Of a stretch of DNA of 48,031 bases, positions 25,654 through 36,080 are shown one piece after another. The DNA comes from Chitinophagaceae bacterium. GTDB lineage: Bacteria; Bacteroidota; Bacteroidia; Chitinophagales; Chitinophagaceae. The notes beneath the pieces were generated by a model, which did no database searches, was not told where the DNA came from, and was given only the letters and a program-made list of their open reading frames with translations. Made by a program: the position numbers and the translations under genes. Numbering within the stretch: the stretch's first letter is position 1; the number at the start of each line of letters is the position of its first letter. The DNA is taken from the NCBI GenBank assembly GCA_036275415.1, contig DASUDW010000142.1:1-48031 (forward strand), written 5' to 3'.

Positions 25654-27825
25654 ATGATAAAAAGAATTAAATACCTGTTGCTGTTTATGCTTGGGCCCTT
25701 GTTCGTACAGGCACAGCTTACCCGTCTTGCCGCAGGTATGAAGATCACCGGCAATACCAAAGTTTACAGCAAGGTGTACCGCTTCAGCGGCATGGGGGAT
25801 AGCACCCGGCCGGTACTATTGATTGAGGGCAATGATATCACTGTTGACTTTAACAAAGCCGTGCTGCAGGGCAATGATCAGCCGGAGAAACCGGATGCTT
25901 TTTTGGGTATCTGCTTACTTATCCGTAACAGCCGCAACGTAACAATAAAGAACCTTTCTGCCAGAGGATACAAAGTGGCCCTGATGGCCCTGAACTGTAC
26001 AATGTTGGTGATTGAAAACTGCGACTTCAGTTACAACTACCGTCAGCGGCTCAACAGTACCCAGGAGAAGGAAGATGTGTCTGACTGGATGAGCTACCAT
26101 CACAATGAGAACAATGAGTGGCTTCGCTACGGCGCCGGTCTATACCTGCGCAGTTGCAACAATGCCATTGTAAGAAATTGCAAGGTAACCGGAGGGCAAA
26201 ATGCCCTGATGATGACGGAGTGCAATGATGGGCAGGTGGTCAACAATGATTTTTCTTTTAATTCCGGTATCGGTATTGGTATGTACAAAAGCAGCCGCAA
26301 CCGGGTGATGTATAACCGGGTGATCTTTAATGTGAGGGGTTACAGTCATGGAGTGTACAACAGGGGGCAGGACAGCGCAGGCATGCTGGTATATGAGCAA
26401 AGCAGCAGCAATATTTTTTACAAGAATAATGTAACGCATGGCGGTGATGGTTTTTTCCTCTGGGCCGGGCAAACCACTATGGATACGGGAGAAGGCGGAT
26501 GTAATGATAACCTGCTGGTTGAAAATGATTTTTCCTATGCGCCCACCAATGGGGTAGAAGTTACCTTCAGCCGCAATAAGATCATCGGGAACCGGATAGC
26601 CGAATGCGATCACGGCATATGGGGCGGGTATAGTTTTTCCACCCTTGTCCTTGAAAATAAATTCCGGGACAACCGCATTGCCATTGCCATTGAGCACGGG
26701 CAGGATAATGATATTTGGTACAACAATTTTTCAAAGGACAAGGAAGCGATCAAACTATGGGCAAGAAAAGAACAACCGGCCAACTGGGTGTATGCGCAAA
26801 AAAAAGATACCCGCAGCAGGGATTACCGGATTGCAGGCAACAGTTTCAATCATGTGCCCCTTGCATTGAACCTGTCACGAACTTCCGGCCTGTCGATCTT
26901 TGGAAATACCTATTCGGGCAGCGGTAAGGCATTAAGAAATGATTCAACCGTTACAGGTATTGACTCTACGGAAAAGTCACTGGTTGATTTTGCCGCCTGG
27001 AAGATCGACACCCTTACTAACGGTGCCGCTAACCCTTTTAAAGAAAGTAGCCGGTATGCCGGACGTAATAATATCCGCATCACAGAATGGGGGCCCTATG
27101 ATTTCCGATATCCGCTTATCTGGCATACCAACCCAACGGATACAGCCGCACTCATGCAATTTGAACTGCAGGGCCCGGCGGGCAACTGGAAGATCAGGAG
27201 CTACCGGGGCGTTAAAAATTTATCTGCTACCAGGGGCAAATTTCCGGCAGTACTCTCTGCCGAAAAAGTAAAAGGGGAGCGAACGGATATATTCATCGAA
27301 CTGGAGTATACAGGAGTGCCTTACACCAATATTTTTGGAAAAAAGATAGCAGGGCGCATTCCTTCGCTTTTTCATTTCCGTAAATTCTTTCAGCCGGTTG
27401 ACTGGGAAGTATTATTCTACCCCCTGGATACGGCAAGCCATAACCCGATTAGAACAGGAACCCTGTTTTCATTGTATGAAAAGAAAGCCCCTTTTAAATC
27501 AGAGAAGAATAATAAACTCGACTATGCCTGGTGGGGTGGTATCAAAGAAGGGGGCATCCAGCATTCACAATTCATAACTGTGGCGAACGGCCAATTTACC
27601 ATTCCCAAAGGGAAATATGAATTGGCTGTTACCTGGGATGATGCCGTGAGGGTTTACCTGGATGAAAAGCTGGTGATAGATGAATGGAACCCTTCCCAAT
27701 ACCAGTTTGACGAATCGCCAAACCGAAAGGTCATTTTGGATCTTGAAGGGTTCCATCGGTTAAGAGTTGAACATCTTGAACTGGGTGGATTTGCCACACT
27801 GAGTTTCCAAATCAGGCCGGTATAA
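25654..27825 (+). CDS. Exported right-handed beta-helix (pectin lyase/NosD-like) protein with C-terminal PA14-like domain
   Basis: Signal peptide; repeated NNxFSxN and GIxxxxSxxN turns; C-terminal WDDAVRVYLDEKLVIDEW...HRLRVEH. Confidence 0.8.
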   Translation: MIKRIKYLLLFMLGPLFVQAQLTRLAAGMKITGNTKVYSKVYRFSGMGDSTRPVLLIEGNDITVDFNKAVLQGNDQPEKPDAFLGICLLIRNSRNVTIKNLSARGYKVALMALNCTMLVIENCDFSYNYRQRLNSTQEKEDVSDWMSYHHNENNEWLRYGAGLYLRSCNNAIVRNCKVTGGQNALMMTECNDGQVVNNDFSFNSGIGIGMYKSSRNRVMYNRVIFNVRGYSHGVYNRGQDSAGMLVYEQSSSNIFYKNNVTHGGDGFFLWAGQTTMDTGEGGCNDNLLVENDFSYAPTNGVEVTFSRNKIIGNRIAECDHGIWGGYSFSTLVLENKFRDNRIAIAIEHGQDNDIWYNNFSKDKEAIKLWARKEQPANWVYAQKKDTRSRDYRIAGNSFNHVPLALNLSRTSGLSIFGNTYSGSGKALRNDSTVTGIDSTEKSLVDFAAWKIDTLTNGAANPFKESSRYAGRNNIRITEWGPYDFRYPLIWHTNPTDTAALMQFELQGPAGNWKIRSYRGVKNLSATRGKFPAVLSAEKVKGERTDIFIELEYTGVPYTNIFGKKIAGRIPSLFHFRKFFQPVDWEVLFYPLDTASHNPIRTGTLFSLYEKKAPFKSEKNNKLDYAWWGGIKEGGIQHSQFITVANGQFTIPKGKYELAVTWDDAVRVYLDEKLVIDEWNPSQYQFDESPNRKVILDLEGFHRLRVEHLELGGFATLSFQIRPV

Positions 27826-28561
27826 TGGTAGTTGCCATAGCGCCAATCATAATTGCCTGCATTATTACAAATAAGTGATACGGTCGTGTGATCGTATAAA
27901 CCCGGTTGGCAAAACTCCATTTGTCCGGTGAAATGATAGTTCGCAGCAGCGAAGAAATAACAGCGCCGGCTTTCACCAGTTCTTCGGCAATGGACCAATC
28001 GGCAGCCTTCTTCATCATAACTTCATAGTTCTCATACGCTGCAGCTGACGGTTCGTTCAACGGCAAGGATTCTGCCATTACCACCGGGGCATTCATACTT
28101 TTTTCCAGTTGCCTGATCTCTTCGTCACTATACATATTCCAGAGCAGGTCGCTGATGATCATTTCTTCCCGGTTCATGAGGCGCAAAGCTGCCGCAGTAA
28201 GCTCAAAGAAAGCCTGCTGAATTTCTGCGGCCATTTTTTTGCGCAATGACCAGGTATTCACCTGTTTCAATTTATATTGCTGCTGATCTATTTTTTTTAT
28301 CATTTCCCTGGTGCTGTTATTGTTCTTTTCCAGTTCAAGGGCAATGTAGGGTGCCACAGGCACTACTGCTTCCAGTATCCGGCTTGACTGATCGAGGTAC
28401 CGGGCCAGTGCTTCATTGCTCTGGTTGATTACCTCGAGGCATTGGGGGATACTTCCGGGTCCTGCTGCTTCAGCTGCCTGTACCCTGAGCCCGGCATCCA
28501 GCAAGCGGCTGCGCAGGCGGTTGTGGGCTTTGTCGTAAATGTTGTAACGTTCGCTTCTCAT
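27812..28561 (-). CDS. Hemerythrin-like helical protein, apparently degenerate
   Basis: RYNIYDKAHNRLR N-terminus and MNREE...LWNMYSDEEI...E pattern; few His residues. Confidence 0.55.
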   Translation of the reverse strand: MRSERYNIYDKAHNRLRSRLLDAGLRVQAAEAAGPGSIPQCLEVINQSNEALARYLDQSSRILEAVVPVAPYIALELEKNNNSTREMIKKIDQQQYKLKQVNTWSLRKKMAAEIQQAFFELTAAALRLMNREEMIISDLLWNMYSDEEIRQLEKSMNAPVVMAESLPLNEPSAAAYENYEVMMKKAADWSIAEELVKAGAVISSLLRTIISPDKWSFANRVYTITRPYHLFVIMQAIMIGAMATTIIPA

Positions 28562-28930
28562 CTTCTTCCCGATTTAATGGTTACTGTATCTGACGCAAAG
28601 CTCAGGGCTTTGTTACTGACAAATCATCACATAACTGTGTGAATAACAGGTGTTAGTGATAATAATGTTAAGGCCGTTGCCAGTGGTAGTAATGGTGTGC
28701 CGGGCGGTGACCGGCCTGTATAAACGGATAAAAGGGCTTCCGGGCAGTTAACAGCGTCCCCAAATAAGGCTTATTTTGAAGCGGGAAACGGTAACCAAAG
28801 GAGCTTTTTTCCTGCTACGGAAAGCCATTTGAAAATCAGCCATATAGGACGGTAATTATCATAGGCAGGTTTTTTACCAACATCCTTTAAAATTCTTTCC
28901 CAAGTATTTGGAAGCTATAGCTGTCAGCCA

Positions 28931-28938
28931 TACCTTTG
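28931..28938 (+). promoter_or_regulatory. -7 promoter element of the S10 operon
   Basis: TACCTTTG followed by CACTCCC, 30 nt before the rpsJ ATG. Confidence 0.7.
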
Positions 28939-28968
28939 CACTCCCAAAAGAAAAATGGGGTTTCACAC

Positions 28969-29274
28969 ATGTCGCAGCGAATCAGAATAAAATTGCAGTC
29001 TTACGATCACAACCTGGTAGATAAATCTGCCGAAAAGATCGTAAAAACCGTACGCAGTACCGGTGCCGTGGTAACAGGTCCTATTCCCCTGCCTACCCGC
29101 CGTAAAATTTTCACTGTATTGCGTTCACCCCACGTAAACAAGAAGAGCCGTGAGCAGTTCCAGCTGGCTACGCATAAGCGTTTGCTGGATATCTACACCT
29201 CTTCCAGCCGTACCGTGGATGCATTGAGCAAACTTGATTTGCCCAGTGGTGTGGAAGTAGAGATCAAGGCGTAA
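28969..29274 (+). CDS. rpsJ: 30S ribosomal protein S10
   Basis: [31 protein letters not shown]. Confidence 0.98.
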   Translation: MSQRIRIKLQSYDHNLVDKSAEKIVKTVRSTGAVVTGPIPLPTRRKIFTVLRSPHVNKKSREQFQLATHKRLLDIYTSSSRTVDALSKLDLPSGVEVEIKA

Positions 29275-29461
29275 CAGCTGTGATCACTTAATTTAGTTCT
29301 TATAATATATAGTAATTGCTATCTCTCAAAAATATCCTGGTTAGCCCGGGATGATAGAAAAGAGCTCTGGCGCATTAACATAAAACAAGCCATTCAGGGT
29401 TTGTTTACTGCCGGTACTTCCCCATAAAGGAAAAGGTCGGCGGCAAACGGGGATTGAAACC

Positions 29462-29479
29462 TCCCGATTTTTATCGGGA
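29462..29479. repeat. TCCCGAT-N4-ATCGGGA dispersed palindrome
   Basis: TCCCGAT-tttt-ATCGGGA; relatives at 35452, 36386 and 44603. Confidence 0.75.
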
Positions 29480-29527
29480 TGTACAAGGTTGTCCCAATAA
29501 TCCTGCAGGCTACAAACTGTACAAACC

Positions 29528-30145
29528 ATGAAAGGTATTATTGGAAAAAAGATTGGGATGACCAGCATCTTCGATCCCGAAGGCAAGCAGACCGCCTGTA
29601 CGATCATTGAAGCCGGTCCTTGCGTAGTTACCCAGGTAAAGACCAAAGAGTCTGACGGGTATAATGCACTCCAGCTCTCTTTCGGCGACAAGAAAGAAAA
29701 ACAAGCTACCAAAGCCGAAAAGAACCACTTCGCTAAAGCTCAGACAGCTCCCAAAAAATTCTCAAAGGAATTCCGCGACTTCGCTATCGAAAAAAATATT
29801 GGTGAAACCATTACTGTCGACATTTTCGCAGAAGGTGAAAAAGTTGAAATAGTAGGCACTACAAAAGGTAAAGGTTTCCAGGGTGTGGTAAAGCGCCACG
29901 GATTTAGTGGTGTGGGCCAGCAGTCTCACGGTCAGCATGACCGCCAGAGAGCCCCCGGTTCACTCGGTAACTCATCTGATGCCAGCCGTGTAATGAAAGG
30001 TATGCGTATGGCCGGCCGCATGGGTAATGACCGTGTGAAACTGAAAGGCCTGAAGGTGATGAAAATTTTCCCTGACAAAAATTATATCCTGGTTAGCGGC
30101 TCTGTTCCGGGTCATAACGGTTCAATTGTTTTAATCCAGAAGTAA
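29528..30145 (+). CDS. rplC: 50S ribosomal protein L3
   Basis: [25 protein letters not shown]. Confidence 0.98.
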   Translation: MKGIIGKKIGMTSIFDPEGKQTACTIIEAGPCVVTQVKTKESDGYNALQLSFGDKKEKQATKAEKNHFAKAQTAPKKFSKEFRDFAIEKNIGETITVDIFAEGEKVEIVGTTKGKGFQGVVKRHGFSGVGQQSHGQHDRQRAPGSLGNSSDASRVMKGMRMAGRMGNDRVKLKGLKVMKIFPDKNYILVSGSVPGHNGSIVLIQK

Positions 30146-30194
30146 TTGATGTCATCCTGCGCTTGACGAAGGATGGCTACTAAAACGAATAAAA

Positions 30195-30830
30195 ATGCAA
30201 ATCGAAGTTTTAAATAGTAAAGGAAAGGCAACAGGCCGGACAGTGGAACTGCCCGAAGAGATCTTCGGTGCCGAACCTAACAACCATGTAATGTACCTGG
30301 CCGTAAAACAATACCTGGCTGCCCAGCGTCAGGGTACTCACAAAGTGAAGACCCGTGCTGAAGTAAAAGGTGCCAGCCGCAAACTGCACCGCCAAAAAGG
30401 TACCGGTGGAAGCCGTAAGGGTAATATCCGTAACCCCTTGTACAAGGGTGGTGGTACCATCTTCGGCCCCAAGCCCCATGGTTATGATATCAAACTGAAC
30501 CGTAAAGTGAAGGACCTGGCCAAGATCTCTGCGCTTTCTTACAAAGCCAAAGACAACGCCATTGTGGTGGTAGAAGATATCAATATGGATGCCCCGAAGA
30601 CAAAGACGTTTGTGGATATGCTCGGTAACCTGAAAGTAGCAGACAAGAAAGTAATGTTTGTACAACCGGAATACAATGATAATGTGGAACTGTCTCTGCG
30701 CAATGTGCCCTCTGTACTGGGTGTTTTGCTCAGCGATATCAACACCTATGATATTGTAAACTCAGAGGTACTGGTATTAACAGAAAGCGCCGCCAGGATC
30801 TTTTCTGAAGAAGAAAAAGCGGAAGCATAA
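30195..30830 (+). CDS. rplD: 50S ribosomal protein L4
   Basis: RQGTHKVKTRAEV, RQKGTG, GGGTIFGPKP. Confidence 0.98.
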   Translation: MQIEVLNSKGKATGRTVELPEEIFGAEPNNHVMYLAVKQYLAAQRQGTHKVKTRAEVKGASRKLHRQKGTGGSRKGNIRNPLYKGGGTIFGPKPHGYDIKLNRKVKDLAKISALSYKAKDNAIVVVEDINMDAPKTKTFVDMLGNLKVADKKVMFVQPEYNDNVELSLRNVPSVLGVLLSDINTYDIVNSEVLVLTESAARIFSEEEKAEA

Positions 30831-30943
30831 TTAACCCTTCGGCAAGTCCGGGCTAATAAAAGAGCTATTAAAGAACATAATTAAATAGAAAGAAATGAGG
30901 TCGTAAGATCCCATTGCGTCAAAAAGAAATAAAAAATATTGCA

Positions 30944-31243
30944 ATGAAACTTTCTGAAGTATTGATAAAACCCATTTTGACAGAAAAAGCAAATGCACAG
31001 CAGGAAAAACTGCGCCGCTATGCTTTCAAAGTGGCTAAAAAGGCTAATAAACTGGAGATCAAAAAAGCCGTTGAAAGCTTTTATGGTGTAACCGTAACAG
31101 ACGTTAACACCAGTGTGGTTCCCGGTAAGAACAAGAGCCGTTTTACAAAGTCTGGTGTTATCTCCGGCCGCAAGCCGAGTTACAAAAAGGCTTTTGTAAC
31201 CGTAGCTGAAGGTGAAAATATTGACCTGTATTCAAACATTTAA
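30944..31243 (+). CDS. rplW: 50S ribosomal protein L23
   Basis: PILTEKA, ANKLEIKKAVE, YKKAFV. Confidence 0.97.
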   Translation: MKLSEVLIKPILTEKANAQQEKLRRYAFKVAKKANKLEIKKAVESFYGVTVTDVNTSVVPGKNKSRFTKSGVISGRKPSYKKAFVTVAEGENIDLYSNI

Positions 31244-31313
31244 CCTTTAAGCAGAATGGCAATCAACCGCCGCGAAGTGTTGGAATCAGAACAAAAAAAT
31301 CAGTAACAAGAAA

Positions 31314-32150
31314 ATGGCACTAAGAAAATTTAAACCCATGACCGCAGGTACCCGCTGGAGAATCGGGAATGCCTACGCTGAGGTTACCACGAATGTACCG
31401 GAAAAGAGCCTGGTAGAGGCTAAGCCGAGAACCGGCGGACGTAACTCTTCCGGTCACCTGTCAATGCGCTACAGGGGTGGCGGACACAAGAAGAAATACC
31501 GTATCATCGACTTCAAGAGAAATAAAGCCGGTGTTGCTACCGTAGAATCCATTCAGTACGATCCTAACCGTACCGCTTTCATCGCCTTATTGAATTATGC
31601 AGATGGTGAAAAGCGTTATATCCTGGCTCCCCAGGGTTTGCAGGTGGGGGCAAAAGTAGAAGCCGGTAAGGATGTAGCTCCCGAAGTGGGAAATGCCCTG
31701 CCGATGAAGTATATGCCGCTCGGTACCAATGTACACAACATAGAAATGCAGCCCGGACAGGGTGGCAAATTGGCCCGCAGTGCAGGTTCTTCTGCCCAGC
31801 TGACCAACAAAGAAGAAAAATATGCCATACTGAAAATGCCTTCCGGTGAGTTGAGGAAAGTATTGATCGATTGTTATGCTACCGTAGGTGTAGTAAGCAA
31901 CAGCGATCATAGTTTGCAGAGTATGGGTAAGGCCGGCCGCAACAGGTGGAAGGGTATTAAACCAAGAAACCGCGGTGTGGCAATGAACCCGGTAGATCAC
32001 CCGATGGGTGGTGGTGAAGGTAAAGCTTCAGGTGGTCAGCCTCGCAGCAGGAATGGTCAGTACTCAAGGGGCTTGAAAACAAGAACAAAAGGAAAAGGAA
32101 GTGATAAACTGATCATTCAGCGCAAGAACGGAAGCAAGCTGGCTAAGTAA
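31314..32150 (+). CDS. rplB: 50S ribosomal protein L2
   Basis: [32 protein letters not shown]. Confidence 0.98.
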   Translation: MALRKFKPMTAGTRWRIGNAYAEVTTNVPEKSLVEAKPRTGGRNSSGHLSMRYRGGGHKKKYRIIDFKRNKAGVATVESIQYDPNRTAFIALLNYADGEKRYILAPQGLQVGAKVEAGKDVAPEVGNALPMKYMPLGTNVHNIEMQPGQGGKLARSAGSSAQLTNKEEKYAILKMPSGELRKVLIDCYATVGVVSNSDHSLQSMGKAGRNRWKGIKPRNRGVAMNPVDHPMGGGEGKASGGQPRSRNGQYSRGLKTRTKGKGSDKLIIQRKNGSKLAK

Positions 32151-32182
32151 TCAAACTAATTAACAACACAACGACATAAATT

Positions 32183-32452
32183 ATGGCTCGTTCGATTAAA
32201 AAAGGTCCTTATGTAGCATCTCACCTCGAAAAAAAGGTGATGTCTATGAATGAAGGAAAAAACAAGAAAGGGGTTATCAAAACCTGGAGCCGCCGCTCTA
32301 CTATTACTCCTGATTTTGTGGGTCACACTTTTGCGGTACACAATGGCAACAAGTTCATCCCTGTTTATGTAACAGAATTCATGGTTGGTCACAAACTCGG
32401 AGAGTTTGCCCCTACCCGTCAGTTCAAAGGACACTCTAAAAAAGAAGGTTAA
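32183..32452 (+). CDS. rpsS: 30S ribosomal protein S19
   Basis: [25 protein letters not shown]. Confidence 0.98.
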   Translation: MARSIKKGPYVASHLEKKVMSMNEGKNKKGVIKTWSRRSTITPDFVGHTFAVHNGNKFIPVYVTEFMVGHKLGEFAPTRQFKGHSKKEG

Positions 32453-32469
32453 TAAAGAAATTAATAAAA

Positions 32470-32817
32470 ATGGAAGCAGTAGCTAAACTGAGAAATTATC
32501 CGACATCGCCCCGTAAGATGCGGTTGCTTGCTGACCTGATCCGTGGTCAGAAGGTAGAGAAAGTGCTGGCCGAACTGGAGCATAACCCCAAGCACCCGGC
32601 AGTTCCCCTGCGTAAACTGGTGCTGAGTGCTATCAGCAACTGGAAGCAGAAAAACGAAAATGGCGATGAAAGCCAGCTGGTGATCAAGACCATCTTTGTT
32701 GACGGTGCCAGAACGTTGAAGCGTATGCGCCCGGCTCCCCAGGGTCGTGGTTACAGGGTGCGCAAACGCAGCAACCATGTAACAGTGATTGTGGATACAA
32801 AAGAAAATAAAAACTAA
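32470..32817 (+). CDS. rplV: 50S ribosomal protein L22
   Basis: SPRKMRLLADLIRG, LKRMRPAPQGR. Confidence 0.98.
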   Translation: MEAVAKLRNYPTSPRKMRLLADLIRGQKVEKVLAELEHNPKHPAVPLRKLVLSAISNWKQKNENGDESQLVIKTIFVDGARTLKRMRPAPQGRGYRVRKRSNHVTVIVDTKENKN

Positions 32818-32838
32818 ACGAATTAATAAACCAATAAC

Positions 32839-33612
32839 ATGGGTCAAAAAGCAAATCCGATTGGTAACCGCTTAGGTATCATCCGTGGATGGGAATCTAA
32901 CTGGTATGGCAGCAAAAAAGATTTTGCAGGCAAACTGATCGAGGATAATAAAATCAGAACATACCTGAATGCCCGTATCAATAAGGGTGGTATTTCAAAG
33001 ATCGTTATTGAAAGAACACTGGGTAAACTGATCGTTACCATCCACACTTCCAAGCCCGGTATCATTATCGGTAAAGGCGGTGGCGAGGTAGACCGTATCA
33101 AGGAAGAGCTGAAGAAACTGACCGGCAAGGAAGATGTACAAATCAACATCCTGGAGATACGCCGTCCTGAACTGGATGCCATGATCGTAGCCGATACCAT
33201 TGCCCGCCAGATCGAAAACCGTATCAACTACAAAAGGGCCATTAAGATGTCCATTGCCTCAGCATTGCGCATGGGTGCAGAAGGTATCAAGGTGAAAGTG
33301 TCCGGTCGTTTGGGCGGTGCAGAAATTGCCCGCAGCGAAGAGATCAAACAAGGCCGTGTGCCCCTGCATACCTTCCGTATGGATATTGATTATGCCAATG
33401 TATTTGCGCTGACAGTATATGGTAAGATCGGTATCAAAGTATGGATCTGTAAAGGTGAAGTATTGACCAAGAGAGACCTGAACCCCAATTTCGTAGGCGG
33501 TAAGAGTGATGTGAGCGACAGAAGGGAAAGAAGGGATGAAGGCGGCGGTGGTCGTCGTGATGACAGAAGAGGAGACAGAAGAGGCGGTGGAAGAGGCGAA
33601 AGGAGAAACTAA
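32839..33612 (+). CDS. rpsC: 30S ribosomal protein S3
   Basis: [26 protein letters not shown]; Arg/Gly-rich tail. Confidence 0.98.
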   Translation: MGQKANPIGNRLGIIRGWESNWYGSKKDFAGKLIEDNKIRTYLNARINKGGISKIVIERTLGKLIVTIHTSKPGIIIGKGGGEVDRIKEELKKLTGKEDVQINILEIRRPELDAMIVADTIARQIENRINYKRAIKMSIASALRMGAEGIKVKVSGRLGGAEIARSEEIKQGRVPLHTFRMDIDYANVFALTVYGKIGIKVWICKGEVLTKRDLNPNFVGGKSDVSDRRERRDEGGGGRRDDRRGDRRGGGRGERRN

Positions 33613-33720
33613 TTGATAGCAGTCACGGGTTTTGAATCCGGTCTGCAAGAATAAAAAGATAAATAACCATTTTAGGCAAAGAGCTTAATACTCGAAGCCA
33701 GAAGCTAAAAGCTTTTTCAA

Positions 33721-34143
33721 ATGTTACAACCGAAAAGAACGAAGCACAGGAAAATGCAGAAGGGCCGCATGAAAGGCGATGCCAAAAGAGGAACAACGAT
33801 TTCCTTCGGCTCATATGCTTTAAAGGCGCTGGACAGTCATTGGATCACTGATCGCCAGATTGAAGCTGCCCGTCAGGCCCTTACCCGTGAAATGAAAAGG
33901 GAAGGTAATGTGTGGATCCGCATTTTCCCTGATAAGCCGATTACCCGTAAGCCGCTGGAAGTGAGGATGGGTAAGGGTAAAGGTAACCTCGAGTTTTGGG
34001 CTGCTGTGGTAAAGCCGGGCCGTATCTTATTTGAAGTGGATGGGGTGAGTGAGCAGGTTGCCCGTGCATCACTGGCACTGGCTGCCGGAAAACTGCCAAT
34101 CAAAACCAAGTTCATTATGCGCCGTGACCTGGTTACAGCGTAA
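33721..34143 (+). CDS. rplP: 50S ribosomal protein L16
   Basis: [20 protein letters not shown]. Confidence 0.98.
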   Translation: MLQPKRTKHRKMQKGRMKGDAKRGTTISFGSYALKALDSHWITDRQIEAARQALTREMKREGNVWIRIFPDKPITRKPLEVRMGKGKGNLEFWAAVVKPGRILFEVDGVSEQVARASLALAAGKLPIKTKFIMRRDLVTA

Positions 34144-34163
34144 AAAATAAAAATCGTAAAGCG

Positions 34164-34373
34164 ATGTCAAAGAAAGCAGATTTTGTAAAAAGCATTCATG
34201 GGATGAACGAGCAGGACCTCAGGGCCCGCCTCGCCGAAGACAAACAGCGTTTAAAGAAGCTGGAGTTCGCCCATGCCATATCTCCGCTGGAGAACCCGAT
34301 GACCATCCGTGGCCTGCGCCGGGATATTGCCCGCCTGAAAACGGAATTGAAGTTAAAGCAACAGCAAGCATAA
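34164..34373 (+). CDS. rpmC: 50S ribosomal protein L29
   Basis: LENP...RRDIARLKT; operon position. Confidence 0.95.
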   Translation: MSKKADFVKSIHGMNEQDLRARLAEDKQRLKKLEFAHAISPLENPMTIRGLRRDIARLKTELKLKQQQA

Positions 34374-34386
34374 TAAACTTGAAAAA

Positions 34387-34644
34387 ATGGAAGCAAGAAA
34401 TTTAAGAAAGACCAGGATCGGTGTAGTAACCAGCAACAAGATGACTAAAACCATCACCGTTGCGGTAGAAAGAAAGGTGAAGCACCCGATCTATGGAAAG
34501 TTTGTAAAGAAAACTACCAAGTTCCATGCTCATGATGAAAAGAATGAGTGCAGCATCGGCGATGTGGTAAAAATCATGGAAACCCGTCCGCTCAGCAAAA
34601 CCAAGCGCTGGAGACTGGTGGAAGTAGTCGAGAAAGTTAAGTAA
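34387..34644 (+). CDS. rpsQ: 30S ribosomal protein S17
   Basis: [21 protein letters not shown]. Confidence 0.98.
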   Translation: MEARNLRKTRIGVVTSNKMTKTITVAVERKVKHPIYGKFVKKTTKFHAHDEKNECSIGDVVKIMETRPLSKTKRWRLVEVVEKVK

Positions 34645-34719
34645 TTGAATATTGATAATTGAATAGGGTCTTTTTGGAAATATTCAATTGTCAATCTAAA
34701 AATATTAAATAGACAAAAG

Positions 34720-35088
34720 ATGATTCAGCAAGAAAGCCGTTTAAATGTAGCGGACAACAGTGGTGCCAAAGAGGTGCTTTGTATCCGTGTACTCGGCAAC
34801 AGCGGTCAGCGTTATGCCAGGATTGGCGATAAGATTGTAGTAACTGTAAAGGATGCGTTGCCCCAGGGCGGTATCAAGAAAGGTACAGTAGCCAAAGCGG
34901 TTATCGTTCGTACTACGAATAAACTTCGTCGTAAGGATGGATCATATATCCGTTTTGATGACAACGCAGTGGTAATCCTCAACCAGGCTGATGAGCCCCG
35001 TGGTACCCGTATTTTCGGCCCTGTGGCCAGGGAACTGCGTGACAAGGGTTATATGAAGATTATATCACTGGCACCGGAAGTATTATAA
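34720..35088 (+). CDS. rplN: 50S ribosomal protein L14
   Basis: [27 protein letters not shown]. Confidence 0.98.
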   Translation: MIQQESRLNVADNSGAKEVLCIRVLGNSGQRYARIGDKIVVTVKDALPQGGIKKGTVAKAVIVRTTNKLRRKDGSYIRFDDNAVVILNQADEPRGTRIFGPVARELRDKGYMKIISLAPEVL

Positions 35089-35127
35089 TTGATTAAACGG
35101 GTTAACACCCATTAATGACAGATAAAC

Positions 35128-35460
35128 ATGAAAGCAAGATTCAAACCCAAGTTTAACATTCGCAAAGGTGACAACGTTGTGGTGATCGCCGGCGATGATA
35201 AAGACCTTTCGAAGCCCCGCACCGTAAAGCAGGTGCTGGTGGATGAAGCAAAAGTGATCGTGGAAGGGGTGAATATCATCACCAAGCATACCAAACCGTC
35301 TGCACAAAACACCAAGGGTGGCATTGTGAAAAAAGAAGCCCCCATTCATATCAGCAATGTGATGCTTTGGGATCCTGCCCAGAAAGCCGCCGCAAGGGTT
35401 ACCCGGGTAAGGAAAGAAGGTAAAACGGAGAGAGTTTTTAAAACCAAAAAATCCCGATAA
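35128..35460 (+). CDS. rplX: 50S ribosomal protein L24
   Basis: KGDNVVVIAG, VEGVN, EAPIHISNV; stop codon lies inside a palindrome. Confidence 0.97.
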   Translation: MKARFKPKFNIRKGDNVVVIAGDDKDLSKPRTVKQVLVDEAKVIVEGVNIITKHTKPSAQNTKGGIVKKEAPIHISNVMLWDPAQKAAARVTRVRKEGKTERVFKTKKSR

Positions 35461-35486
35461 GCATCGGGACAGAGAGGTAAAAAATA

Positions 35487-36062
35487 ATGAGTACTAAAAC
35501 GTATATCCCAAGACTGGCAGCCAAGTACAAAAATGATGTTGTACCTGCCCTGGTAAAGAAGTTCGGTTATGATACCGTAATGCAGGCCCCCAAGCTGGAG
35601 AAGATATGCCTGAACCGTGGCGTTAACGGAGCTGTATCTGACAAGAAACTGGTGGACATTGCTGTAGAAGAACTGACAACGATCACCGGTCAGAAAGCTG
35701 TAACTACAATGTCGAAGAAGGATATCTCCAACTTCAAGCTGCGTAAGAACATGCCAATCGGTGCAAGGGTTACGCTTCGCGGTGACAAGATGTTTGAATT
35801 TCTTGACCGCCTGATTTCAGTGGCGCTGCCCCGTGTTCGTGACTTCAAGGGTGTAAATGAAAAGGCGTTTGACGGCCGCGGTAACTATACGCTGGGTGTA
35901 ACCGAACAGATCATCTTCCCGGAGATAGACATTGATAAAGTGAACAAGATCACCGGTATGGATATCACTTTTGTGACCACTGCCAATACAGATGAAGAGG
36001 CCTATGAGTTGCTGAAGGAACTCGGAATGCCTTTCAGGAATGCAAAAAATAATTCTAACTAA
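35487..36062 (+). CDS. rplE: 50S ribosomal protein L5
   Basis: ITGQK, NFKLR, LPRVRDF, FDGRGNY. Confidence 0.98.
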   Translation: MSTKTYIPRLAAKYKNDVVPALVKKFGYDTVMQAPKLEKICLNRGVNGAVSDKKLVDIAVEELTTITGQKAVTTMSKKDISNFKLRKNMPIGARVTLRGDKMFEFLDRLISVALPRVRDFKGVNEKAFDGRGNYTLGVTEQIIFPEIDIDKVNKITGMDITFVTTANTDEEAYELLKELGMPFRNAKNNSN

Positions 36063-36080
36063 AAAAGAAATAAACAAACT

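Noticed and set aside
33500-33612. Purine-rich repeats at the end of rpsC
   Set aside because: Encodes the common Arg/Gly/Asp-rich disordered S3 tail
33619-33647. tRNA T-arm-like sequence GGGTTTTGAATCC
   Set aside because: No D arm, anticodon arm or full cloverleaf; only a small spacer hairpin
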